A stretch of 64,000 nucleotides of DNA, from assembly GCA_965240325.2 (NCBI GenBank), contig OZ251248.1, positions 620,001 to 684,000 on the forward strand, written 5' to 3'. The stretch is from Rebecca billardiae RCC1528. Lineage: Eukaryota > Protista > Haptophyta. This document shows, one piece after another, positions 36,466-48,715 of the stretch. Position 1 is the first letter of the stretch, and each line of letters opens with the position of its first letter. The notes beneath the pieces were generated by a model. It made no database searches, had not been told where the DNA came from, and was given only the letters and a program-made list of their open reading frames with translations. The position numbers and the translations under genes were made by a program.

Positions 36466-37096
36466 GCGCGCTCGGCTCGAAGGCGAAGTGGGCGGCGTCG
36501 TCGCCGCTCAGCTGGAGCGCGAGCTCCACCGCGCCCGCGTGCAGCCCGTCCACCGTGATCGAGCCGCTCGCGCCCGAGCTCGGCATGAAGACGAGCGTGG
36601 GCGGGCGGATGCGCGCGGTTGCCGCGTCGAGCGCCGGCGTCACGATCAGCATCGCCGAGGGCGCGTGCGAGAGCGTGACGCTGAGGTGCACCTCGTCGCC
36701 CTCGTACACGACCGGGCCGGGCGACAGCGCCACGGCCACGCGGCCGATGGGCAGCACGAGTGGCAGCCGCGCGCCGTCCGCCCACGCGTTGCCGTCGATC
36801 GTCAGCATCGGCCGCGGCGCCGCCACCGTCGGCACGCGCGCGCGCGCGGTGAAGAGGTGCGGCCCGGCGGCGACGCTCGCGGCGTCGGCGCGCGCGATCG
36901 CAATCGACGGCTCGAACGCGTAGCCGTCCGCCGCCGGCTCGATCACCCGCGCCGTGCCGTTGCAGCCGACCGCGAGCTGCACGGTCTCGCCCACGTACGC
37001 CACGGCACCCCACGGCGGCGACGCGGGGAGGATCTCGCACGGCGGGCGGGCGGCGACGGCACCGGCCGCCACGAGGAGCGGGCCCAGCAGCCACAT
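26600..37096 (-). CDS. Giant (~3400 aa) protein: signal peptide, ~2500-aa beta-sandwich repeat ectodomain, CPA-family cation/H+ antiporter domain, RCK/TrkA-N-like tail; 3 exons
   Basis: Exons 37096-28661, 28555-28154, 28015-26600. Signal-like MWLLGPLLVAAGAVAA; recurring Y(V/E)G(E/D)...F.P..L.F units; three filamin-like units ending DHFGNP, GPFGNR and DRYGNV; antiporter motifs LGVPLITGYLLVGMAVGP, ALGFIGFSAGGKF, ARSPSSAIAIISELGAKGPFT, VTVVMD, YIAFFTLTGAEM, TQAGVTLGLA, LNQFLGPPLFK. Confidence 0.85.
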
Positions 37097-37513
37097 GCCC
37101 GGCGGTGCGTGGAGCGCGCGAGCGTCGCGCGGCGTGCGAGCCTCGGGACGCGGCGGGCGCGAGTCCGCCGGCACGGGCGGCGGAGGATGCGCGGGGGAAA
37201 GCTGCACAGGCTCCGCCGCCGCGACGATGATGATGTCGGCCTCGGATCATCACAGTGTGATCCCTCGCCCAGCCTGCGAGGCCCGCTGATGTCCAGCAGT
37301 GTGGGCAAAGGGAAAAACAAGCGGCGCGCCGGCACTCGGCAGGCGCATGGAGCGCAGAGCGCTGCCGGAACTTTCGTCATCATCAGCACACAAGCAAAGT
37401 CCTTTTGGCAGCTGGTGGCGAGCGCGCAGGAAGAAAGCTCGTCGCGTGCCTGGCCACGGCCACGGTCGTTTCATGGCGGGCCAAGACACTGCGCCTTGAA
37501 CGACGCAGGCACC

Positions 37514-38947
37514 ATGTCGCGCACGCCGGCGCACGACGGCGCGCAGCGGCAGCAGATCATGTACCGCCACATGGCGCAGCACCAGGAGATCGCCAAGCTC
37601 GTCGCCTTCGCGCACCTGCGCGGCGAGCTGCCGGCGGTCGGCCCGCTGCTCGTGAAGCGCCCTGACTACCGCGCGGAGAACGAGCGTGCGCTCGCGCGCG
37701 CGGAGGACGAGGAGCGACGCATGTCGATGCTGCGCTCGAAGAGCTCGCGTGGCGAAGGCGCGCCCAAGCCGCCCAAGCCCGCGCCGCGCGCCGCGGCCGC
37801 CGACGCGAGCGCGCCGAGCGCGAGGCCGCGCCGGCACGGCGGCGGCGGCGGCGGCTCGTCCGCCGCGCGCGAGCGCGTGCGCGTGCGGCTGCGGCGCGAG
37901 GGCGCGGTCGCAGCGGCGACCGCTCGGGCGGAGGCCGCACCCGCCGGCCCGGTGCTGCACGTGCGCCGCCTGCGCCCGTACTCCACGCTGCACGTGCTCC
38001 CCGCGTCGGTCGGCCGGCCCGAGCCCGTGCGCGTGCAGCCTCCGGCGCGCGTGGGCGCCGAGGGCGGCGCGCCCGTGGCGCTCGACGCGCGCGCGCGGCG
38101 CGAGCCGCCGGGCGCGCCGCCGACGCGCGTCGTCTTCGGCACGGCCGTGGCCGAGCGCCCGATCGAGCGCTCGCAGCAGTGGTCGCGCGGGCGCACGCAG
38201 TTCTGGGAGACGGGCGAGGGCGTGCCCGAGCTGCCTGCGGACGAAGTGTCGCGCGCGCACGCCACCACGCGCCAGCGCACGGACACGGGCACCAACTTCC
38301 CGGCGCCGGGCGTGCCGCTCTGGCCGCCCTCGCCGCGGCGGGCGGTGGGCGAGCACCTCGGACCCGGCGCGTACGCCAAGCCGTACGGCGACCGCGTGCG
38401 CGACCCGTGGACGCTGCCCGTCGACGAGCGGCTGCGGCCGTCTTCCGCGTTCGTCGCGCGCGAGAGCGTGCGACTCTGGTCGGACACACACGCCGGCTCG
38501 GACGAGCTGGGGGCGCACGCGCGCGTCGGGCCGGACGGCGTGCTCGTGGAGCCGAGGCCGGCGAGCGACGCGGGCTACGCGCGGTACACGCTCGCGCAGA
38601 TCGTGCGCGCGCGCACGCCGCCGCGTAGCCTGCTCGCGCATGGCGACGCGAGCAGCATCGCCCGGCCGACGTTCGTGCAGCAGCAGCGCGCCGCGCAGGA
38701 GCTGGCGCGCAGACGCAGCGAGCAGGTCGAGGCGCGCCTCGCGGCGGACCCGGCCAACGACTCTGCCACGGTCGCGACGCATGGCAGCGCAGCGTCGCCG
38801 CGCATCCGGCCCGAGACCCTCCTCATGCTCGGCGGCGTGCCCCCGGGTGGCCTCCGCGGCAGTGTGACGACGGACAGCCTCACGGCCGTGTCGAGCAGGC
38901 TGCTCGGCGCGGGCGGCGCGGCCGCCCCCAACGGCGCCGTCTCGTAG
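37514..38947 (+). CDS. Hypothetical protein (one GPGAY motif, possibly axonemal)
   Basis: Coding-like 3' part of the 33101-38947 ORF starting at ACCATGT. LGPGAY resembles PGPGxY repeats of ciliary microtubule-binding proteins (weak). Confidence 0.6.
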   Translation: MSRTPAHDGAQRQQIMYRHMAQHQEIAKLVAFAHLRGELPAVGPLLVKRPDYRAENERALARAEDEERRMSMLRSKSSRGEGAPKPPKPAPRAAAADASAPSARPRRHGGGGGGSSAARERVRVRLRREGAVAAATARAEAAPAGPVLHVRRLRPYSTLHVLPASVGRPEPVRVQPPARVGAEGGAPVALDARARREPPGAPPTRVVFGTAVAERPIERSQQWSRGRTQFWETGEGVPELPADEVSRAHATTRQRTDTGTNFPAPGVPLWPPSPRRAVGEHLGPGAYAKPYGDRVRDPWTLPVDERLRPSSAFVARESVRLWSDTHAGSDELGAHARVGPDGVLVEPRPASDAGYARYTLAQIVRARTPPRSLLAHGDASSIARPTFVQQQRAAQELARRRSEQVEARLAADPANDSATVATHGSAASPRIRPETLLMLGGVPPGGLRGSVTTDSLTAVSSRLLGAGGAAAPNGAVS

Positions 38948-41299
38948 TCCCACGGCAGAGTGCGTTTGTCGCCTGTCGGCGCCGCGGCCCCGCGCTCCCT
39001 TCACGAAACGCCGACGGAAGTCCACTACGTCAATAACGATCGGTTAGCAGCCGTGCCAACAGATATGACGATGGAGGTCTGCCGCGCACTGCCACTACTT
39101 TTGGCAGCACGAAAATTGCCCGGCCGGGACTCTTTGGTCAGATGACGAAGCGCTTTGCCGCTGCGCAATCCGAGAGTTCGGATCCATGGCAGAGTCTGTC
39201 GCGGAGTCGAAGATCTCGGAGCGTTGCGCCAGCTGGACAAACGCGAGGACGCTAGCTTTCGTAGATCACGAAGCTACGGAGGGCCTCCGACGAGAGTCGC
39301 CTTCGGATCGGGGCCCTCTCCCGCTGTGCCGCATCGGCGCACGCTCGGCGGGCTACGTTTGCGCACGCCGTGCAGCTCGCGGCGCGTGCGCTTCCGCTAG
39401 CTGGCACACGGCTCCTGAGGCACAAGTCGAACGACCGCAGCTGGGATGCCCTTTCGCGCCGCAAGGACGCGTGCGAGGCCGGTCGCCGCGGGCGAGCGGC
39501 GAGGCCGTGCTGCCTGCACGTTGGGCGCCCATGGACGTGGCTTCGCCGCGCGCACTGAGGCTGGCGAGCGTCGCGACCAAGATTAACGACGCGCGCAACG
39601 CACCATCTGCCCGCTTCCTTGCCTCCGACGCACGTATTCTGCGGGCAGCGGCGACTCGCCCGCCCATGCGTGGCGAACGAGGCCGCCATCAGCCGCGCTT
39701 GCCGTTGCCAGAGCGCAGAACGTTTGTATTAAAAAGCGCAGATCTGAAAAGACCGGAAGGGTTTGTCCAGCTGGCGCAACGCCTCTGTCGTCGGATAGAT
39801 AGCGCCGCGTTTACAGACGGTGTTTCTGCTGTCGGCGGATTCATACTTGCACAGCGACCCTGGTGCGACGGGCGCTGCAGCCGTCGCTCGCGCCGCAACA
39901 CATGGTGCTGGTGCCGCCCAACTGGCGCCTGTCACATGGCGACGCATGCCCCGAGCTTCAGTCCGGCCATGCTTCGCGCTGTGCCTGAAGTCCGGCCATG
40001 CGTACGACAATGTCACCACCAACATGCCTGCAGCGTCGACTACGGCAAGTGTCCCGAGGCCCGCGGCGGCGTTGAGCAGAACGCAGACGGGCCCCGCATG
40101 TCCGCATCTAGGCACGCCATAGCTCCGCTCAAAGACACCCGGCGCGGCGCGGCAGGCCACACCTTCCTCGTCGCCACAGCTCGGCCAGCCTGGGTGCAAG
40201 CTCACTTGCAGGCTCGGTGTCGAACGCGGACGTCGCCACACAGGCCCTGGAAGTGAAGGCTTGTCAGCGGCGGTATACGCGGGAGGCGCGCGAAACGACG
40301 AGACGTCGCTATCACGCTCGTGTCCATGGCGATCTCGGCCGCGGCCAGACCACACCCGTGTGCGATTGCGCTGGCTCATCAGCAGTAGCCGTGTATTGTC
40401 GTCGGGGGACGAAGGAATGCCAAGCGCTCGGCGCAGCAGGATGAGATTGTTGGGTCAGCGGCGCCCGCGCTGCGGGCCGCCCTCGAGCCGCCGCTTCCGT
40501 CCGCGCCAACAGCGCCTTAGCAGCCGTTCACCGCCCCAGTCTCGCCGGCCGTCGCCACCGCCTTCGACGTTCCCGCGGCCGTTCGAAAAAAGGTTGTCTC
40601 GCCAGCGAGCGCGCCGGCGGCGTTGGCGCGCGCACTGGTCAGATGACGAAGCGTATCACCGCTGGTGCTATCAGAGTCGACTCCGGTGGCGCAGCGGTAT
40701 CACGCACCCTGTCGGCCTACGTGGCGACAGCTCCGTGGCGCGACAGCTGGCAGAGCGCAACACTCGTATTCGTACACGGTATCTCCGGCCGCGCCACAGG
40801 CATGCGCAAGTTTTAGTTGCCACCGAAGCCATATCGAGGGCCTGGCCACGCTCAGCACACCGGTTGTCGACTGCGAAAAGCCGGCCGTGGCGAAAGCACC
40901 GCCGCGTCGCTCACAGTAGGTCGCTGGGCACCAGACTGGCCACGTGACGGTGACTAAGTCATAACCCGAACGGCACAAGCAGAGAGTTCATTCTGGCGCG
41001 CGTGCGCATGTGCTCATTGCGCGCCGCGGCGGCGTGGCCCAACCGACACACGTGCAACCCATTGCGGGGTTCACGTGATGTCCAACAAGAGAGACCATCG
41101 CCCGATGCAATGTTTACGTTTTGGTCGCTGCTTGATGCTAGCACAGGTCTATACTAAGGAATACCCATCTAATAAGCTTACACATGCCTGTCTATACCGA
41201 CGAATCGTGGACGCGCGCCGCCAAAGATCGTCCGTCCGTTCGCGCACATTTGAGCGGGGCGGGTGTCCGTCTTCTGCACGTCGGGCGGGCAGGGCAGCC

Positions 41300-44128
41300 T
41301 CATGCGGCATCTCCTTGGCCACCCTCACGGCCAGGTCTGTCGCCCGGCTCGCCCATGTGGACGTCGCCGTCGAGGCCGTCCAGCGGGGCCTTGTCCTCGC
41401 CCAAGCTGGCATCGTCATCGTCGGCCCGCGCGCTCGAAGCGGGCGCGTCGCGGCCCTCGGGCGAGTAAGCTGCTACCGGCTCGCCACCGTCGTCGGCCTC
41501 AGGCGCTGCGGCGGTCGCGGTCGCGGGGACTTCTCGCATCACGGTCGACGAAGGCTGCGCAGTCGGCTCTGGCTGCGGGGCGAGTACGCCCTCCGGCGCT
41601 GCGCTGCTCGGGGCGCGCTCGACTGCGTCATCAGCTGCGCTCGCCAGCGGCGCAACCACCGCCTCGTCGTCGGAGGCAGGGGCCATGGGCGCCTCAGCGC
41701 TTGCGTCGGCAGCGCCGATGCTCGCAGGCGCATGCGCCGTGGGCGAGGCAGGCGAGTTGAACTCGTCATCAACCTCCATGCGCTCGTTCTCAGTGGGGGA
41801 TGGGGCGCCCTCGGTCGCCACCGTGGCCGCAGCCTCACCAGCCTCACCGTCTGCCGGGGCCCCGCTCTCTGCGGCTGGCGCATGCTGCACGGCCGCGGGT
41901 GCGCGAGCCGCAGGCCCGGCCTCCGCGGCCCTTGGCGCGGCTTCGCTCACTGGCGCGGTGGCCGCTACCGCCTCTGGCTTGGCGGCGGCGGCGGCGGCCT
42001 GCGCCATGAGCGCCTCGTGGGCGGCCATGTCGGCGCGGTGCATGCGCTGCGCGCCGCTCGCCGCCTGCTGCAGCCGCAGCAGCTGCGACATGTGCGGGTT
42101 GAGATCGAAGAGCGTGCTCTCGCGCGGCAGGTTGGCGTCGGGCGCGGGCTCGCGCTTGGCGGAGGGCAGAGTGCCATACGCGATGTGCACCTCGAGCATG
42201 GCTGCGCGCGGCGAACGGGGCGGGGCGCGCGCGTGAGGCGGGCCTGCCGCGCGGCGGCGCGGGGCGCGCCAGCGGCGCGCGCCGCGCGCGCGCACCGAGG
42301 CGGAGCGCGTCCATGCGGAGCGCGCCCGCGGCGCTGGCGCACTCGGCCATCTTGGCGACGCACTGCGCGTCGTCTGCGAGCGTGGGCGTGGGCGGCACCG
42401 CGCTCGTCGTGCCCGCCGACGCGGCGATCTTTTCGTACAGCTGGCGCTTCTCGCGCTGCTGGCAAAGCGCGGACGAGAGGCGGTTGATCTCCTGCACCAG
42501 CTCGGACTGCCGGTGCTGCGCTCGGCGCGGCGGCGCGGCGTGCGCGGGGCGCGCGGGCGGGGCGGGCTCGTGCGTGCGCGGCGGGCGCGCGCGGCGGGCG
42601 CGCGCGGCGGGCGCGCGCGGGGGTCGCGGCGGGCGCACGGCGCGCGCGCGCGCGCGCGGCGCGCACCTGGAACGAGGCCATGAAGGCGCGGATGCAGTGC
42701 GACGCGTCGAGGCGGCATGAGCGCTGCACGTCGCGCACGTGCGCGCCGACCGCGGTGCACACCGCCATCGCCGCCGAGTGCAGCGCGACGATGGCGACCT
42801 GCGCGGAGGCCCAGGTGTCCGAGGCCGCGGCCGCGCTGCCGTCCGCGCCGCCCGCCGACGCGGGCGCGGGCACGCCCAGCTCGGCGGTGTGCGGGATGGG
42901 CGGCGGCAGCGGCGGCGGCAGCGGCAGCGCCATCGTGCGCGCCATGCTCGGCGGCGCGTCAACCGCGCGGATGGCCGTGGCGGTGGGGAGGTCGCGGATC
43001 GCGCGCATGGCCTCGCGCAGGCCGTGCCACTGGCGGTGCGCGTTGGCGCACGACGTGCCCACCTTGCCCATCATGTCCGAGAGCCGCGTGAGCGCGTGCG
43101 CGTGCGTGGCGATCTGGCGGCACGCGTCGAGCACCTCTGCGCCCGCGAGCGCGGCGCCGCTCGGCAGCTCGGGCACTTGCGCGGTCGGCGCGGCCTGGCG
43201 GCAGAGCGCGACGAGCGGCGAGAGCGGCAGGCGCTGCACGGCGCGCAGCCCGGAGAGCAGCACGACCAGCGCCTGTAGCGCGCCGCTCACCGCCTTCTCC
43301 GCCGCGCCCATCGTCTCGGCCGCGACGCGCGACGCGGCGGGCGCGGCGGCGGCGGCGGCGGCCGCGGCCGCCGAGCAGAGCGCGCCGCCGCCGTCCGCGC
43401 CGCCGCCCGCCAAGCCGCCGCCGCCCTTGGGCGCGGCGCCGGCGCCCGCCACGCCGGGCGGCGCGCCGCGCGCCGCGCTCGCGCGCCGCGCCGCCGATGC
43501 CGCCACCGCCGACGCCGCCGCCGCCGCGCCGCCGCCGCCGCCGCCCGCCGCGCCGCCGGCGCCGGCGCCGAGCGCGGGCGCGCAGCCCAAGTGCGGCGTG
43601 TGCGTGGGCGTGGGCGTCGGCACGACTGCGAGCGGGTCCAGCCCGGGGGGCGAGGCGTGGCGCTGCACCGCGCGGCCGATCTGCGCGCTGAGCAGCGTGA
43701 GCGCGACGACGAGCGCGTTGAGCCCGCCGTCCAGCCGCTCGAGCATCGACTCGGCGTACGGCACGTGCGTCCCGCCCGCGAGCGCGTAGCCGGCGTTCGC
43801 CTCAAAGGCCGTGCGCACGAGGCAGGGCAGCAGCGCGCCCTCCGCGCCCGAGATCGGGTTGGCCACAAACAGCTTCGCCACCTCCGCGCAGTGCGCCACG
43901 TCCTCCGCGCCGAGGCCGACGACGGGGGGCACGCCGCTCGAGAGCGGCGGCGCGAGCGCCCCGCCCGCGCCCGCCGCGCGCTCGCTCGCCGCGGCGCTGA
44001 ACTCGCTGAGCGCGCTGTCGGCGAGCGCGGCCGCCTTTGACGCGGTGAGCAGGTCCCACAGAGCAAACAGCCGCTTGGGCAGCGTGGGCAGCTGGAGCGA
44101 GGGGTGCGCCGGCGCGGACGCGGCGACC

Positions 44129-44162
<34 letters not shown>

Positions 44163-45219
44163 GCGCGCGCTTGCTCAGCGGCTGCGTGCCCGTCGACGCG
44201 CCGCCTGCCGCCGCCGCGCCGCCGCCCGCCGCGCCGCCACCCGCCGCCGCCGCGGTCGCGCACCCGCCGCACCCGCCGCACCCGCCGTTGGCCGCGAGCA
44301 CGCCGCCCGCGCCCGCCTGGCCGGGCCCGCCGCACGAGGGCGCGGCAGGCGGCTGCGCGCCTCCGGCCACGCCCGTCTTGCGCGCGCGCGCGCGCGCGTC
44401 CGCGGCCGCCGACGAGCTCGCGCTGCCTCCTCGCCCTGCTCGGCCGCCGCCGCAGCCGCCGCCGCCGCCGCCGCCCGCGCCGCCGCCGCCGCTGCCGCCG
44501 CCGCCGCTCGCGGTGCCGCCGCCGCCCGCACCGCCGCACGTCGGCGCGCCCGCGCCCGCCGCGGCGCCGGCCGAGGCCGCGCTCGCCGCAGCGCCCGCGC
44601 CGCCGCCCGCCGCCGCGCTCGCCGCCGCACCCGCCGCACCCGCGCCGCCGCCGCCGCCGGCTGGCGCGGCGTGTCGCGCGCGGCAGCTGCACGGCACCGA
44701 GCGCCCGTCCACGACCGGCGCGCCGTTCCCCTCGTGCACGTGCACGAGCCGCGCGCACAGGCCGAGCTGCGAGAGCGCGGTGGGCACGTCGACGAGCTTG
44801 CGCTTGCGGTCGGCCGTCACCTCGTACTCCACGCCGTCGGCCACGTCGACGAAGACGGGCTTGTCCGTGACGCGGCTCTTGTTGAGCCGGCGCACGTGCT
44901 GGAACGGCATCCCGATCTTCTGCAGCGCGCGCGGCCGCGGCGGGCCGGCGGCGTCTGCGTCGCGGATGGCGACGACGATGCGCCAGTACACCTCGGCCAC
45001 CTGCGCGGCGGGCGGGCGCGCCGCACGACATCAGCGCACGCGGCCGCGCGCGCGCCGGGCGACCGCGCGAGTGCTGCAGCGCGCGCGCGCCGCGCCGAGC
45101 GCCACGCGGGCGCGGCGCACCGAGGTGCTGGTGAACGTCAGCGCGGACGGCGTATTCGATGGGTCGTGCGGATAGTGCGTCCAGTCGAGGTGCACGTGGA
45201 TGGTCTCGTCCTCCAGCAT
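41300..45219 (-). CDS. Hypothetical low-complexity protein, ~4 exons
   Basis: Exons 45219-45121, 45000-42667, ~42515-42296, 42201-41300. Introns 45001-45120 and 42202-42295 splice cleanly; the acceptor of the middle intron is not resolved. Globular-looking N-terminus, Gly/Ala tracts, coiled coil (ELVQEINRLSSALCQQREKRQLYEK), acidic tail. Confidence 0.65.
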
Positions 45220-45505
45220 GGCGCCACCGCCTCGAGTGCGCCTCGTCGGCGGCGAGAAGTCACGATGGCGCCCGCGCGAACTCGGCCGCGTGTGCGCTTT
45301 TCAAGCACCCGCGCCCGGACTTTCTTTCACCCGGGCCGCGGCTGGGCGGCTGAAATCAGGATGGCCGCTCTCCCCCGCTCCCCGGCGGGGAGTAGTTAGT
45401 CATCTAGTGTTCGCGTTGGCGCGCGACCGAGTGACCCCAACCGGCCTTTCAATGCCCGCGCTACGCGAGCTGAGCGCGATTGCCCGTGCGCGTGACAGCG
45501 CTCGG

Positions 45506-47307
45506 TCACCATCCCAACGCTTGGCGCGCCGCGAGTGTGGCGCCTGCGCCGGCGGCGCCGCAGTGCGCCGCGGAGAGCTGCCCGCGCTGCGCTGCTGCCC
45601 CGCTGGGCATCCCGCCGCCAGCCCCATCGGCGACGCGGAGCGGCGCAGGGCCTGCCAGCGGGCGGCCAGCCATACAGCCGCCCTTTGCGTGCGCCTCGCA
45701 TCCGCGCCACTCGCTCGCCGCGCCGCCCCCGGCCTGCGAGCCGTTGGCCTGCGCGCCCGGCGGCGCGCCGGCGTCGCACTGCTCGGCGCCGTGCGGCGCG
45801 GGCACGCTCGCCAAGCCGGCGCACGCGCAGCCGGGCCGCGCGAGCGTGCGCGCGTGCGCGCGCGAGAGCCAGAACTCCTCCTCGCCGCCATCGGCGCGCG
45901 CGCACTCGACTGCGCCCGCCGCCTGCAGCACGCGCAGCACGAGCAGCAGCTGTGCCGCAGAGGACGCGCCCAGCGCGGCACGCGCGCCGCGAGCGCACAC
46001 GGCCTGGTGCAGCGCGCGCTGCGCCGCCGCCGCGCGCGCGGCAACGCCACAGTCGTGGAGGGCGGGGGGGCGGGGGGGGGCGACGTGCGGGCGCACACCG
46101 CTCAGCGCGCATGCTCGGCAGGGGCGCGCGCAGGAGAGAGAGAGAGGCAGACAGAGCGAGTCGGGCGAGGGCGCGAGGGCGCGCGCGCACCAGCGTGGCC
46201 GCGCGCTCGGGTGTGAGCACGCGCAGCAGTGCGCTGGCGGCGCTCTCGAGCACGCCCGCGCCCAGCGCGCTGCTGATGGCGCCCACCGCGGCCTGCGCGA
46301 GCGCGCGCGCGCGCGCGCCCCCCTCGCCGCCGTCGTCTGCGTGGGGCCGAGTGCGTGCTAAGATGGCGGCGCGGATCGACTTTGAGCGCTTCGAGCGCGA
46401 GTTGAAGGGCGTGTGCCGCCGCTTCTGCTTGGGCGGGCCGCACCCCACCGCAAGTGCACCGGAATCTGCTGCTGCCGCCGCCGCTGCCTCCGGGGCGCCC
46501 TCCTCCTCCTCCTCCTCCTCCTCCCCCTCCTCCTCCTCGTCGTCGTCCTCCTCCTCCTCCTCCTCCTCCTCCGCGCCCGCGCCCGCGCCCGCGTCTGGAG
46601 CGGCCTCCCCGCCGGTGTGCGCGCCCGCCTCCTCCCCCACGCGCACCACCGCGCCCGCGCGCAGCGTGAGGCGCTGGCTGAGCGCGGGCGCGCCGAGCTC
46701 GGGCGCATGGAGCGCAAGTGCGTACACGCCGTCCGGCACGCGCCTCAGGTCCGAGCTCGAGAAGCGCACGTCTCCGCACACCTTGTTGCGCGTGAGCAGC
46801 TTGTAGCGCACGCGCGCTGACGGGTCCGCAGCGAGCAGCGCGGGCGCGAGCGAGATCCATGCGTTGCAGTCGCTTGGGTTGCCGGGCGGGAAGCACCACG
46901 AGACCAGCAGCGCGCCGTCCGCGCCCAGCTCGGCGAGCTCGACCGAGGGCACGCCGCTCAGCTGCGAGCCGGCCGAGCGCTGCCGCTCCGGCTTGGGCGC
47001 GGGGCGGAAGTCGTCGGGGGCGAACGCAGCGCACCCGCCGCCGCCCTTGGCACGCGGGCTCTTCGCCTTGGGCGTGCCCTCCGCGCCGCCCGCAGCCGCG
47101 CCCGCGCCCACGCCCACGGCCGGCTTGGCGCGCGGCCGCGCCGCCTTGGGCGTGCGCGCCGCCCCGCCCGCCGCCGCGCCCGTGTCGGGCTCGCGCGCGC
47201 CGTCGGAGCCGCGCGCAGCCGGCTTGCTGCGCGCGGGCGACGCCGCCGGCGCCGAGCGCGCGCCCGCGCCCACGGGCGGCTGGGGCGCGTCCTCGCCGCC
47301 GCCCACC

Positions 47308-47343
<36 letters not shown>

Positions 47344-48715
47344 CCCACTGCAGCCGCGCCGGCCGCCGCCGCGGCCGTGCGCGGGCTGTCCGCCGGCTGC
47401 AGCGAGCGCTGCCGGGCGAGCGCGTGCCGCTCGGCGGCGACGGAGGGCGCGACCGCGCCGCGCGGGATCGGGCGCACGTGCGCGAGCACCGTGAACGAGC
47501 GCGCGTCCAGCGCGCCCTGCTCGCCCCCGTCCGCGAGGCTGACGCTGTCCTCGTCGAGGGCGAGCAGCGTGCTGCTGCCGCCGCCCGCGCACGCGCCGCC
47601 GCCGCCCGCGCCGCCGTCCGCGCGCGCGCCGGGCGCCGCGCGCCTCGCGCCGCCGTCGAGCGCATCGCCGGCGGCGGCGGCGACACTGCCCGCCGCGGCC
47701 GGCGCGCTCGCGGCCGGCGCGCCCTCCGGCGCGGCCCCGCCGCCCTTCCGCCGCCGCGGCGCCTGCCCGCACATCTCACAGCGCCGCGCACCCCTGTGGT
47801 TTGCAAAGGTGCACGCGCCGCACTCCCAGCCCTCGTCCACGCGCCGCGCGTGCGCCGGCGCCGTGAGCGCGCCGATCTGTACCTCGCCGTGCTCCGTCCA
47901 GAAGTAGCCATCGTCCTGCGCGAGGCGCGCGCGCCCGCGAGCCCATCCGCGCACGCCGCGCTGAGCCGAGCGCCGCACGCACTCGCACTGGTCGGAGGCG
48001 CACGCTGGCGGCGCGCGCGGCGGCGGTGCGCACCTCGTCCGCGCAATCCGCGTCCGGAAACAGGCGCTGCAGGAGCGCGCCGAATGCCTCGTCTCTGCGA
48101 AGCGAGCGTCGCGTTGCGATCGGCTGCCGGCACGACGGGCACTCCTTGTTCCTACGCTCGGCGGTGTGCGCGCACGGTGGTGGCAGCGGCGGCGGGAGGG
48201 AGAGGGGGCGTCGCATCACGTCAGGCCGTGGAGCGCGCGCGAGCGTGGTGCGATTTGAGGGTCGGGTGCGCGCGGGATTGGACGTACCCGTAGCGTAGGC
48301 TCTTCTCGATGCAGTCGGCGCAGAAGCGATGCAGGCACTCCGTCGCCGTGACCTCGCGCATGGGCTCCAGGCACACTGGGCACGCAAAGTCTTTGCTCAG
48401 CGCGTCCACGGAGACGACGGTGCACCGGGCGTCGCGGGCGAGCTCGTGCTTCTGCGGGCCACCGCTCTCGTCGTCACTCATGCTGCTGCTGCACCCACTG
48501 CTGCCGTCGTCACTCGCGCCACTGCCACCGCCGCAGACAGGGGCGTCACCCTGCGCAACGTCCCCCTGCGCGACCTGCGCGATGACGACGTCATCGCGCG
48601 GGTCGTCGGCGGCCATCATTCTCCCTGTCGAGCGAGTTCCGACGGATGACGCGGGGGAAATTTGCGCAGAATCAGCACGAACCGCTTTCGATTTCGTCGC
48701 CGTTGCGGCACCCAT
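45506..48715 (-). CDS. RING1/RNF2-like E3 ubiquitin ligase with RanBP2/NZF zinc finger and a SKICH-like beta domain
   Basis: Spliced RING CPVCLEPMREVTATECLHRFCADCIEKSLRYGNKECPSCRQPIATRRSLRRDEAFGALL (introns 48152-48287 and 47916-48033); NZF WECGACTFANHRGARRCEMC. Last exon (after the donor at 46190) and stop are uncertain because of a poly-G run near 46064-46080. Confidence 0.75.

Noticed and set aside
33101-37513. 5' part of the 1948-aa + strand ORF (and the 1450-aa ORF at 28703-33055)
   Set aside because: Antisense shadow of the giant minus-strand gene. The translation is Arg/Ala/His-rich and stops are rare at this GC content.
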